Assembly (NCBI GenBank): GCA_964016885.1
Contig: OZ024758.1
Span: 32,922,001 to 32,986,000 of the forward strand
Reading direction: 5' to 3'
DNA: 64,000 nucleotides
DNA from: Eledone cirrhosa
Taxonomy: Eukaryota
Position 1 is the first letter of the stretch. Every line of letters starts with the position of its first letter. Below the pieces are notes generated by a model. That model did no database searches, was not told the origin of the DNA, and saw nothing but the letters and a program-made list of their open reading frames with translations. The translations under genes were made by a program, and so were the position numbers. Shown here in pieces: positions 27,052 through 40,270 of the stretch.

Positions 27052-27949
27052 TATGAATAAATATATAAGATATTCTCTCAGTAGTATAATTTAAAATTAT
27101 GTTGTTAATAATTGAATGAGTTCATTAAGGAAACTACTATTTAATCATATAGAAGTCTTTTATGCTTCTAATAGGAAATATGTCTAATTTCAAAGATTAG
27201 GAGAGAAATTCTTTAATTATATTTCAGAAGGAAAGCAATTGAAGTATAAATTTGAATGTCACTATGACCTGATAACTATTCTTCATTTTCTATTTTTGTG
27301 AGTCAAAATCAAGTCTAGCTGAGATCTAGAATCTTCCTTATTGATCCATTGCTAAATATGATTGTTACAATACAAACTAATTTCAAGGACATCATCTTAG
27401 ACTATATCATATCATCTATGATGTTATAGTAGATCTATATATTCACTGTTAACCCAAAGTAAAACTTTCATTCTACAAAATGAATTTCAAAATTTTTGAC
27501 TGGTAATAAAATATGAAATGCCCAAGAAGTGAATTAACCCTTTAGCGTTTTAATTATTCTATATATACTATTGTATTTTCACGGTAAAGGCTTTATGAGA
27601 TGTTCTTATTATTTATTTTAAGAACATCAGTGTGAGTAGCCAGTCGGTTTGACCAGAAAGAGGTGAGAGAATTTTGGCCAGATATGGCCAGTTAAAATGC
27701 TAAAGGGTTAAAAAAACACCACCTGTAAGGAACTTTGATTTCTTATGCTTCAAAATAATACTCACAGAACTTATTTTTTTCATTTTTCTTCTATTGAACT
27801 GGAAGGGCAGTGCTTAAGGCTTACAGATGCCCACTGAGACTAGTGGGATGGAACATATCTTTACATGAGGAAAAGAAATAATCTGCCTAAATTTCAGAAA
27901 TAAAGAGCTTGGTGTTTATCAAGTCTTGGTTCCTTTCCAGGCCATAGCT

Positions 27950-28420
27950 GTAAAGTTCCTATTCCATACTTCTCTGTCCATCAAAGTGACCTTCAGTTCC
28001 TAAACAGATCTCAGTATCCTTCTTCAGATTGTCAATGTATGACAAACTGACCAACATAGTTTCCCACGTTAACCCATTAGCATTTAAACTGACCATATGC
28101 AGCCAGAATTCTCTCACCCCTTTCTGTTCAAACTGGCCTGTAACCAGCCATTCATACTGATGTTAAGGCATTGTTCTCAAAATAAATATCAAAATCTCAT
28201 ACATTCAATATTATGTGAGATAATTATGTGAGGTTGCCTTTTCTGTGAAAATATAATAGTAAATATAGAGTAATGTAAATGATAAAGGGTTATATCATAG
28301 ATATCATAAGAGCAGTGTTGATGCCTCTTGTTGAGGATGCCATGTACAATGTCCTGATAGATGGAGTCGATATTCTAACATCTTTACACTTACCTTTAGG
28401 AGATTTCCATAAAGGTATTT
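27950..28420 (-). mobile_element. Diverged RTE 3' fragment (same lineage as 21738-22009), interrupted by a MITE at 28069-28292
   Basis: The minus strand has LYGNLLKVS and YIDNLKKDTE...MDREVW-like motifs on either side of the MITE. Confidence 0.55.
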
Positions 28421-29119
28421 GTCATATGCTACTGTTATTTCACAGGTATTAAAAGAGTGGAAATGTTTGTATGAAATTAAGTCTAGTGTTATAGTCAGCT
28501 AAAATAAAAAAAATGATAATAATGAATAACATTAAAAAAAAAATAGAAACTGTTTGTCTCCATGACTACTGAAAGTCAAAGTAATGTGGCTTCCATTATC
28601 TGATCCTCCACTTTAAGTAATGAAATTCATGCACGTATACACACACTCACATACATACACACATATATACATATACACACATACATACACATATACACAC
28701 ATATACATATATATACACACATACACATGCATACACACACATACACACCCACATATATACACACAGTTAAGGTTCACTAGAGTAAACCTTAAGTAACAAA
28801 ACTGTATCTGCTATGATTTAAGCAATTAAAAAAAAAAAAAACAGAAAAGAATTTGTATATCCCCAAATATTTTAACTGTATATCATTTGAAATAAGTACA
28901 TTTACATGAAAGTCTTAATATTGAAATGTCTTTCACTGTTATGCTATACGTACTTGTAAAGAATACAAATAGTAAACATGGATCTTACCCTCCAATTACA
29001 GCAGTAATGAATCACTACACAGAAACTATTTTTATTTGTAATAGCTTTGCTCATTTCACCGTATTTCTATATAATTTAACCCTGTCAATACTAACCTGTG
29101 AAGACATGTGGTTTAGTGA

Positions 29120-29434
29120 TTAAGGGTTCTCAAAGTGGCCGTGTCCAGGGAGCGCTGGGGGCCTAAGGTGGGGAGGAGGAGGTAGAGATGATATAATAGT
29201 ATATTAATATCAAATGATACATATTATATATAAATATAGTAAAATAAAAAATATATATTTATTTATACATAGTATATATTATTTATTATAATTTTATTTA
29301 TTTATTACAATTTTATCTATTCTATATTATTTACAATTTGTGTGTAGGTGGGTCTCTCTGGAAATAGGGGGGGGGGGGGGGTGTATTACATGGCCGGAAG
29401 TGGAGTGTGGCCAAAACAGTTTGAAAACCTCTGA
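29120..29434. mobile_element. hAT(Charlie)-like MITE
   Basis: Termini GGTTCTCAAAGTG...GTTTGAAAACC. A longer related copy lies at ~36558-37463. Confidence 0.55.
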
Positions 29435-31028
29435 GTTAGAGAATTAGATTTGCAACTTCATGATTGCAAGTTTGATACCCAGACCAGGTGATTGAACAAG
29501 ACGGTTTATTTCTCAATGTTCTTTCTGCTAGAAGTTGTGACCGGTTGATAGTGTGAGCAATGGAACAAAACATTGTTTTCTTGGGGTCAGATTTGTTGAG
29601 TTCCATCCCATTTAGTAAAGGGATGGTTTCTGGGATCTTGTCAATCCTTTCCCTAATACCAAACATAAGTAAAGTGTTTACAGACCCTAGTAAATAAGCT
29701 AAACTGATTTGATGAATGTAATAAATATCAAAGATTTATTTCTAAATACACCACCGCTGAAGCGTGGAACATCATGCTTTGCAGCATAGAGTTACGGCCC
29801 TTTATAGTCTGAGTTCAAATGCCACTGAGGTTAGCTTTGACTTTCATCCTTACAGGGTTGATAAAATAAAGTACCAGTCACGCACTGGGATCGATTTAAT
29901 CAACTGTCCCCTCCCCCAAAATTGCTGGCCTTGTGCCAAAAGTAGAAACCATTGTTATTATTATTAGGGCAGAGGATTGTTAGAGCCTCAGACAAATGCT
30001 TAGCAATATTTGTTCAGTATTTTACGTCCTGACTTCAAATACCATTATATTATTGTAATATAATCCCCAAAATTACTAGCCTTGTGCCTATACTAGAAAT
30101 CATTATTATTATTATTATTATTATTATTGCGCATCATTACTGCTTTACCGAGCACAGCTGTGTGTGCCTTGGGTATGTGCAGTGTAGTTTTTGCTGATGT
30201 TGTTTCTATTGTATTGATAATACTTTTTGTAATATGTGTGCAGTGCCTAGTAGTGCTATCTTTTGTATGTTACATATATTTCTAAGTCCTGAGGTTTTGG
30301 TTTATTATTACTATTATTATTATTATATATATATATTTGAAACGAGAAACATTTCAAAAGATCACTTCATTTCTACAATTATTTGTTTTTAAAGAGTTCT
30401 GGTATCCAGAAGGTGCCATATATGAACTAATGGTGAAATTGACATGTAGCCAAATAACCATATGATATTCTCATTCAATAATATATATATATATATATAT
30501 ATAAGTGTAGAATCAATACAATTCTCCTGTCATATTGGAAAATATCTATATGAATATAAAATTCAATATAAAATTCCACCCATCTTGTTCAAAGTACAAG
30601 AACCAGCAATCATGAAATAAGCACTATCTTATGTATACATATTAATAAGAAAACTTATCTTTTTCTCAAATTACATTATTCAATGGGTAAATTTAATAGT
30701 TTTGGCAAAGCTGCTTTTGCTATCAGAATTCAATGATGAAAAGAAAACATAGTTGAAAGAAAATAACTACATTTGATTAGTTCCGACTGAATATTTTCTT
30801 ACAGAACTCATATAACTGTTTATTAAAACTGTTTGTGAAATGGTGCTATAAATGATTTATACCTGTTTACATTTACATGTCTATATATGTGTGTTTGTGT
30901 GTGTATACATATGTATGTGTGTGTATATATCTATATATACAGGTGTGTGTATGCATATGTTGAAAAGACTTGCTGAAAAGACTTGCTGAATACAGAAGCC
31001 AAAACCACTTGGCGCCGCAGTCGGAATT

Positions 31029-31460
31029 TTACATACCTTTTAAACAGTAAAAAAAATCTTCCAGATACAGCAGATTCTTTGTTTTACCGTTCGTGCATAG
31101 TATATGAAGATTTCTAGGTGTTTCCACTCGTGAACAACCTACATATAACTGTCCAGGGGTAAAAACCGATTCTCTTGTATTCAATTCTACAACGTTGAAA
31201 CTCTGAGCCCGAGCTTTATGTACGGTCATAGAAAAACTGGCTTTAACAGGGAACTGAGGTCTTGAGAATTTGAATGGCAGATAGGTACAAGAAGGGATAA
31301 GAGGAATCTTAGGAATAAATGTATTTTCTCCTTGATGATTGCCTACAAGAATAGTGACCTCTAGGAGATGGTTGGTTCATCATCATCATCCTGGCTGTAA
31401 AGTGCGTGCCATTGCATAGAAGTAGCAGGTCCACCTTTCTCAAAAGGATGATGGAAGTTC
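31029..31460 (-). pseudogene. Helitron Pif1-like helicase C-terminal fragment
   Basis: The minus strand reads IPKIPLIP...LPFKFSRPQFPVKASFSMTVHKARAQSF...VFTPGQLYVGCSRV...GKTKNLLY, matching the Helitron Rep/Hel C-terminal motifs. Confidence 0.85.
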
Positions 31461-31962
31461 CAATATTTTATATTATATGTAGATATAGATATATAGATAA
31501 TTATATAATTATATAGATATAGCTAACTGTATATAAATGTGTGTATGTATGTGTGAGAGAGAGTGTGTGTGCGTACACACGTATGTGTGTAAACCAGCAT
31601 CCGAATCGTATGTAACTATGTGTATGTAACTAACGCGTAACATATGTAATGAACACGCACACATACACACCCATATAAAAATATTATCTTGTAAAATTTA
31701 ATTTGATTTGGCCAAACCATTTGGAAATGAATAAGGAAAAGACAGATAGAGAGTCAAAGAATTTTATAATAGAGATATACATACATATGCAATTAATCTT
31801 GTCTGATATCCCTATGAGGAGAAATTCCAAGCTTTAGCCTTTATAAAGAATATATATATCCTGGAGAGGATGGGCTCTGCCAGGCTTTGATGCCCAAGAA
31901 GCGCTGCATGTCAATACGGCGCCTCTAAGACTATCAGGAGTTACAGGACTATACATATATAT

Positions 31963-32892
31963 ATGTATGATACCTGCATACGAACAGCAATGTTGCATGG
32001 CAGTGAGGCCTGGGCATTGTGTGCAGAGGATATACGCAGACTAGAGAGGAACGAAGCTTGCATGCTCCGCTGGATGTGTAACAGTAATATACGTGAACGG
32101 CAAAGCATAAACGAACTAAGGGAGAAATTAGAAATAAGAGGGATCAGATGTTGTTTACTCAAGAGAAGACTACGTTGGTATGGTCACGTGATGCGCATGA
32201 AAGACGATAGCTGTATAACAAAGTGCAGATTAATAAAGATAGATGGTAGCCACGGAGTAGGCAGACCCAGAAAAACCTGGGACGACCTGATAAACTCCGA
32301 CCTCACACACTTACACCTCTCCAAGACAATGTCACTGGACCGAGATCTTTGGCGGTACACAGTAATAGAGAAGACCCGCCTTACCTAAATACAAAGTAAA
32401 ACCTACTACAGTCAGTAGGCATCTCTAACAAAATACACCCCCGTCTCACCACCCCCACCCCATCTACACCGCCCTTTCAATGTAAAGTTATGTTGGTGCC
32501 ACAACATCCAGGCCGAAACAAATGAGATCGTGTAGGTGTCACAACAAAAAAACACACAGTCCACCCTGTAATGTGGCCGTGTAGGCAACACGGTAAAAAC
32601 CTCCCAGTCCCACACTGTAAATGTGGTTGGTGTTAGGAAGGGCATCCAGCCGTAGAAAACCCGCCAGACAGTCCACGCTGTAATGTGGCCGTGTAGGCAA
32701 CACGGTAAAAACCTCCCAGCCCCACACTGTAAATGTGGTTGGTGTTAGGAAGGGCATCCAGCTGTAGAAAACCCGCCAGACAGTCCTATGCGAGCAAGAC
32801 CATCACTCTTGCCTCAAGTGGGAAATACCCCCGTCCAAACCCATGCAAGCGTGGAACACGGACGTTAAACGTTGATGATGATGATGATGATG
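31963..32892 (+). mobile_element. RTE LINE 3' fragment with 3' UTR (internal duplication)
   Basis: The 141-aa ORF is very similar to 25330-25750. The UTR segment 32558-32670 is duplicated at 32670-32780. Confidence 0.9.
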
Positions 32893-33936
32893 TTATACTT
32901 GGGGAGGGTCATATTGTAATAATATTGCCAGAAATAATAACAGAACACACTCAAAACAGTTAAAATTTCCCAATTTTTGCTTTGTTTGTTTTAAGAACTT
33001 TGTCCAGTCGGCTGAAACGAGGTAAAAGAGAGTTGCCAAAATAATTAAGTACTATTGGTCATTGTCTAATATTGTCTTTTCTTAACTGCATAATTATTTC
33101 TATTATTGTTATATTTAGGGAGAGTCATGTTGCCAGAAATATATAGTAAAACACACTCACTGTTTGGTCTGGGTTGGTTTTCGCTTCAGTATATTTAATA
33201 TTTCTATAATTAATTCAGCCGGCAATTAATGTTTATCTTGGATTGACCAACAGTTAAAAAAATATAGATATAAATATAGTTTCTCAGAGTCCTTTCGTCA
33301 CACACCTGTGACATCATTAGTGATATTATTATGTTTCCTCCCATTGTATTGCTGTAACGTTTTCTCATTCTATTTTATTTATTTATTTATTGTTGTCACT
33401 GTTTGAGTATGCATTTCTGTGCTAATTAGCTTTTCATAAAAGATGTTAACACTAACTTTACTAATTTAGAATTAGTTTGATCATTTACCTCTTGGTTTTC
33501 TGATTTACCGATGTCAGGACAGGCTTCTGCCTGCTACTGGTACCATGTAACCAAATACAACCTGCTTCAAGGTTGATTGGTTGGCAACTAAACCGGCTCC
33601 CCACCAGATCCTGATCTGGTAAGGAGGGTAAGTGAAACCCCAGTGGCACAACAAACAAGAGCTGTAAAAGGGGTGGATAAACTCAAAAGTCAACCCCAAC
33701 TATGGGTTAAATAGCCTCACCAACCTCCACTTGGTCAATCATGATGAGTACAGCTACACCCCTGACCAAAATCAAACAGAATATAGTGGAAGTCAACCAG
33801 GTAGGGTTCCCTAAGTGAAATGGCAATGGATTGGATTTCTGATTTGTTTTATTTGATAAACTATTTCTTTTTAGGTGCCATATGTTTACATATATGCATT
33901 TTCTTCAAAACTGAAGTTATAAACCTTAATTATAAT

Positions 33937-34421
33937 TAACCCCTTTGACGCCAAACTGCCTGAAACCACTCCTGGTTTTACAATTAAAAAATAATTTTTT
34001 TTTTTAAAGTATCAATATTTATCCAAAAATGTCACATCATAATTCTATATAAAAACATTTATGTATGTAAAAACCTTTATTAACCATTTAGCATCTAAAC
34101 CGGCCATATCCAGCCAGAATTCTCTCACTTCTTTCTGTGCAATCTAGTTGCTCATGTTAAGTTATTGTTCTCAAAATAAATAATATCAAAATCTCATATA
34201 GATAAGATATTATATGAGATAAAGCCTTTATTGTGAAAATACAATAGTAAATACATAGCAATGTAAATGCTAAAGGGTTAAGATATATTTTAAACACCAA
34301 TTGAATAATGAGAAATTTATCTAATTATTAAATCCTTCCAAATTCTTGTTTGTCTATTTTCGAAATGGCTTGATCATATAGAAAGTGTATTTCATTAAAG
34401 ATATGGCAACAAAAGGGTTAA
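33937..34421. mobile_element. piggyBac-type MITE family 2 with a nested family-1 MITE (34081-34281)
   Basis: TTAACCCCTTTG...CAAAAGGGTTAA outer termini; the inner element is flanked by TTAA. Confidence 0.65.
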
Positions 34422-36999
34422 TGTAGTATCAGAATTCTTACTCACTCTGTTTTGGTCATGTGAACATGTATTACAAATTGATTGTGAAAACATGAAGACA
34501 GTAATAAATAGTAGTAGGAATAGAAGTTAACTTAGGATGACATAGAATACTATTCCTGGAACAGAGTTAGATTTCACAATGACTAAAGACAGAGAATTGA
34601 AGAAAATCCATTTTGAAAATCTAGGGAATATATAGAGAAATGAAAAATGTTGATATAAATGTGAATATGAAGACAGTATTGGAAAAATGGTCAATCTTCA
34701 TGACTATTGATTATATATCATAAGCATAACACCAGTCACATGCTGAGAGAAACAGCGAGAGAAGAGAAAATTAAATTTCCCAAGATTTTAGCAGTTTTAT
34801 ATCTCACAGAACAGAAATTATCTATAGAGACAATATTAAATGAGATTACTAGTAGAAATAAATATATTTTTGAATAACATAAAACAATATGTTAAACAAT
34901 TAATCTCTTCATAAACAACCAAGGTGAACAGGACCAGTAACTGAAACATTAAGTTGATGAAAGATTTCCTTATAGACAAAACAGTATTCAATAGAGTAGC
35001 ATGTATATTTTCCCAGAAAATGTTGTGTCTGGGTACAAATAGAATTAAGTGTCTAGAAAGAGAACAAAATTCACCAGCAACCAGATATGAGCCTGTAAAA
35101 TATCTAAACTGAAAACATAACCAGACTAATATAAACCAGACTAATGCAGCAAAGGTCGATATGACCCCAGATTTTAGCTAAACTAATAACAACAAAATGT
35201 TTAATTCTTTAGCATTTACATTATTCTATATATTGGTGGCAAATTGGCAGAGTTAAGACATCAGATAGAATGTTTTATGGTATTCGTCCCACCTCATTGC
35301 GCGCTCTGAGTTCAAATCCCACCGTGGTCAACTTTGCCTTTCATCCTTTGAGCTCGATAAAAATAGTACCAGTCCAGTACTGGGATTGATTCTTCCTCTA
35401 TAGAAAAAATCGGCTGTGTTCTGACCTGGAAAGGGTTGGGCTCCACCCGGTTTAAAAGTGCCCCAGACACACCGTATGACGGTGCCTCTACGACTCCACA
35501 AAGAGTTATAGGATATTTATCCTTTTTATATCAACTATTGTATTTTCATGATAAAGGCTTTATCTTACATAATTATCCCACATAATATTGAATCTACAAG
35601 ATTCTGATATTATTTATTTTGAGAACAATACCTTAATGTCAGTATGAGTGGCCGATTACAGCTGGTTTAAAGAGAAAGAGGTGAGAGACTTCTGGCTGGA
35701 TACAGCCGGTTTAAATGCTAAAGGGTTAAATAATGAAAGTAATAATAAAAAAAACAATTAGAGAATTATGTCCGATAATACTGTACCCACAATATAGAAA
35801 TCAACAAACCTAAGAATAGAAAGCATTTGGAAATTTCATAAGCAATAATTCTTATTGTATTTTGGGGTTGCTGTTGAAATAGTTTGAAACTTGTCAAGCT
35901 CAAATATCCATCACATTAGAATTAGGATACTTTAGTGAATGTTAAAAATGAGATGAGCAACAAAACTATTATAAACCATTAAGAAAATAAATGTAGAAGT
36001 TATGAGATTAACGTGAAAACAACAAAAAAAGACAGTGAATGGTCAGAAAAAGTAATCAAGGTGAAATAAGTGATTTTCTAAATAAACTTAAGAGCTAGGA
36101 AGAGTCAAGAAAAACCTTTTATTATATTAGAGATATGAAGATTAGCAATGTTGCTGATAACATTCCAAGTTACTAGCAGTGATGGGGGTAGAAATCTATA
36201 TAAAAGAACACATTATTGAAACTATAAAATACAAATATATTAAATTAGAATGAGAAAACAATTGTTTCCATTGCCTTTTAAGAAAAATAAACATAGAAGA
36301 ATTGGTCATTATCAGATGAATGTTTATAAAAGATGTCTGCAATAGTTACTGTTATAGTCACTTAGATCTAAGTCAGCTCTGGTTGAGCAAAAATATCACA
36401 AAAGGTATTCCAAACACAACTATCCTGTCTTATCCTTCTTCCTAAGTATAGTGAACCCCAAACTACTTTAGTCAAAGTATCCTTCTTTTCTTTTTAATAT
36501 CTTGGGATAATAAGGTGAGATGTGAGGAAAACTTGCTGCAACTTGTATCAAGTAGAATAGAGGTTCTCAAAGTGGGCACTACCACCCACCAAGGGGCAGT
36601 AAGAAGGTCCAAGGGGACAGTGGGGGTGGTAGAGATGATATAATAGTATATTAAATATCAAATAATAAATCTATCTAAAAGATATCTATATATATACTAC
36701 TAAAACTCTGTGATTGCTTGCTTCTCTGTAATGTAAAACAGCCCAAAAGGCACATAATGGGAAATACTTTGAAAGGAAGTTGCCCCTAAAATGGGAATGC
36801 AAATGGAATATAACAATTTTCGCATAAATTGGAGCACAGGTTCCCGAGATATGGGGTTTTCTGGGTACCTTTATAAACAGAGAGAGATAAGGAGAGAGAG
36901 AATGAGATAGTAGTTGTGAGAGAGTAGATTGAAAGAGAAACATGGAGAGAGGAGACAGAGGAGGAGAATGGAAGAGAGAGAGAGAGCTGATGGTGTTGT

Positions 37000-37049
<50 letters not shown>

Positions 37050-38519
37050 AGTGTGTGTGTGTATGACCAGTGTATATAGATCACAGACAGCCACATATAT
37101 ATATACATACACATACACATATATATATATACAAGCACACACATTTATATATATACATACAAGCACAGTTTCATTTCACAATACATGTCTGTATATTTTA
37201 ATTACTTTAAAATTATTTTTAAGAGAACGTGACCCAACAGCTTGTGGGTGGTCTAGTATATAAATATAGTAAAATAAAACATTTATACATAGTATATATT
37301 GTATTATATATTATATATCAATTAACGATTTTATTTATTATATATTATTTACAATTTGCATGTAGACAGGTCTGTCTGGAAATGGGGGGGGGGGGGGGCG
37401 TTGAGGGTATTTGTGACCTTGGTGTGTCCTCACCACACAAAAAAAAATAAGTTTGAGAACTTTGTTGGATCAAAATACTTTGTTAGTTGTTTAGCTCCAG
37501 ATCAGCTTTAACTCTTAACCCTTTAGCATTTAAACCGGCCATATCCGGCCAAAATTCTCTCATCTTTTTCTATTCTAGCCGGCTCTAACTTGCTCCTCAT
37601 ACCGACTTTAAGGTATTGTTCTCAAAATAAATAACATCAAAATCTCATAGATTCATGTACTTCATAAAACCACACGAGCAAGATATTCTTCAAAAATACC
37701 AAACAGCAATGTAACTATATCACATTAAAAATTAGTTTTTACTGTATAGCCAAATGTTCACAATCTGTCCAATATAAGAATTTAACCAGACGAACCTGTT
37801 TTTAGATATTTTCTGTTAATCCTTTAGCATTTAAACCAGCCATATCTGGCCAGAATTGTCTCACCTCTTTCTGTTCAAACCAGCTGTAACCGGCCGCTTA
37901 TACTGATGTTAAGGTATTGTTCTCAAAATAAATAACATCAAAATCTCATAGATTCCATATTATGTGAGATAATTATGTAAGATAAAGCCTTTACCACAAA
38001 AATACAATAGTATATATAGAGTAATGTAAATGCTAATGGGTTAATGGTGAATTGAGTTGATCTATGGTCAAATGTATTTTAACCATGGTCATGAAGTCTT
38101 TTTTTTTTCAAACATTGTATACCAAGGACTACAATATCCATTATGTGCTTTTTTTAAAGATGGTAGGGTGGGATTTGGGGAAAATTTGGTAGCTAATTTT
38201 AGCAGGTCAAATGTTATTATACTCAGTGGTGAAACTTGATTTTACAGAGTATTATAATTGTAGGTAGTGTCCAGGATTTATGTCCAAATAACGAGAGCTG
38301 AAGCATTTATCTATCAATTCCTTGACAAAGAAATAAATAATACACATCTCCATTAATATGGCAACTGAATGCAAAAAGAAAGAAAGATAGAAAGAAAGAA
38401 ATTTTGCAATAGATACATATCTACAAAATATTCAAGTAAATATATATTTACATACCCAGCTTTTCTAGATTATTGATTGTTCAGAGAAGAGCAACAAAAT
38501 TTCCGCCAGAACTGAGAAA

Positions 38520-39140
38520 TCTCTTATGAAGAAAGACGCAAAAACCTAAGAATTAGAGGTGAGAAAGCAAAGAGGAAATACAATAGATGTTTTTAAAATG
38601 GTGAAAGGACTTGGAAATATATTTGTTAGTTCAGTATTCGAGAAAAGGAGAACCAATGCTCTCAGGGGATATTTTTTCTCCATGATGAGATTTTACAATA
38701 GTAATGTGCGTTCAACGCTCCTCTGCTCCCGTATCGGTGTGTGGCGTAAACTCAGAAGACCAGCCAAGAGAACCAATTGGATGCTTTTCCCACCAAATGT
38801 CTATGGAAAATCCTCGATTTTAGGTGGGATGACTTCAACCTCAACAAAGAAGTACGTCAACGAACTCACCAACAACGTGTGTCTAACATCATGTGCCAGT
38901 GTCAACTTGGCTGGTTGGGACATGTCACATGACTCCCAAGTGAGAGATATGTTAATCAGGTCCTGTATTAGTACCCCCCCCCCCCCTGGAAAGAGACAAA
39001 GAAGACATCTTAAGATGAACTGTCGGGAGACAATCGACAAAGACCTGAAACCCAACAAGAAAAGTTTGAATGAATGTATTGATAGATGTAACTGACCGTG
39101 GACATTGGAGCACTTTGGCTGCCTCATGTGTCTCAAGACA
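38520..39140 (+). mobile_element. CR1-like 3' fragment (38520-38675) joined to an RTE C-terminal fragment (38680-39140)
   Basis: LEVRKQRGNTIDVFKMVKGL is CR1-like. RFYNSNVRSTLL..., LGWLGHV and GKRQR..WRETI-like motifs are RTE-like and frameshifted. Confidence 0.6.
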
Positions 39141-40270
39141 TGGGATGTATTGATAGATGTAACTGACCGTGGACATTAGAGCACTTTGGCTGCCTCATGT
39201 GTCTCAAGACATCGGATGTATTGATAGATGTAACTGACCGTGGACATTGGAGCACTTTGGCTGCCTCATGTGTCTCAAGACATGGGATGTATTGATAGAT
39301 GTAACTGACCGTGGACATTGGAGCACTTTGGCTGCCTCATGTGTCTCAAGACATGGGATATATTGATAGATGTAACTGACCGTGGACATTGGAGCACTTT
39401 GGCTGCCTCATGTGTCTCAAGACATGGGATATATTGATAGATGTAACTGACCGTGGACATTGGAGCACTTTGGCTGCCTCATATGTCTCAAGACATGGGA
39501 TGTATTGATAGATGTAACTGACCGTGGTCATTGGAGCACTTTGGCTGCCTCATGTGTCTCAAGACATGGGATGTATTGATAGATGTAACTGACCGTGGAC
39601 ATTGGAGCACTTTGGCTGCCTCGTGTGTCTCAAAACATGGGATGTATTGATAGATGTAACTGACCGTGGTCATTGGAGCACTTTGGCTGCCTCATGTGTC
39701 TCAAGACATGGGATATATTGATAGATGTAACTGACCATGGTCATTGGAACACTTTGGCTGCCTCATGTGTCTCAAGACATGGGATGTATTGATAGATGTA
39801 ACTGACTGTGCTCATTGGAGCACTTTGGCTGCCTCATATGTCTCAAGACATGGGATGTATTGATAGATGTAACTGACCGTGGTCATTGGAGCACTTTGGC
39901 TGCCTCATGTGTCTCAAGACATGGGATGTATTGATAGATGTAACTGACTGTGATCATTGGAGCACTTTGGCTGCCTCATGTGTCTCAAGACATGGGATAT
40001 ATCAATAGATGGAACTGACCGTGGTCATTGGAGCACTTTGGCTGCCTCATGTGTCTCAAGACATGGGATGTATTGATAGATGTAACTGACCGTGGTCATT
40101 GGAGCACTTTGGCTGCCTCATGTGTCTCAAGACATGGGATATATCAATAGATGGAACTGACCGTGGTCATTGGAGCACTTTGGCTGCCTCATGTGTCTCA
40201 AGACATGGGATATATTGATAGATGTAACTGACCGTGGTCATTGGAGCACTTTGGCTGCCTCATGTGTGTC
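39076..40270. repeat. 71-bp x ~17 tandem array derived from the RTE 3' terminus
   Basis: Unit GTATTGATAGATGTAACTGACCGTGG(A/T)CATTGGAGCACTTTGGCTGCCTCATGTGTCTCAAGACATGGGAT. Confidence 0.92.

Noticed and set aside
34440-36330. Purine-rich + strand stretch suggestive of an ancient LINE ORF
   Set aside because: No diagnostic motif can be recovered by eye, so I cannot support a call.
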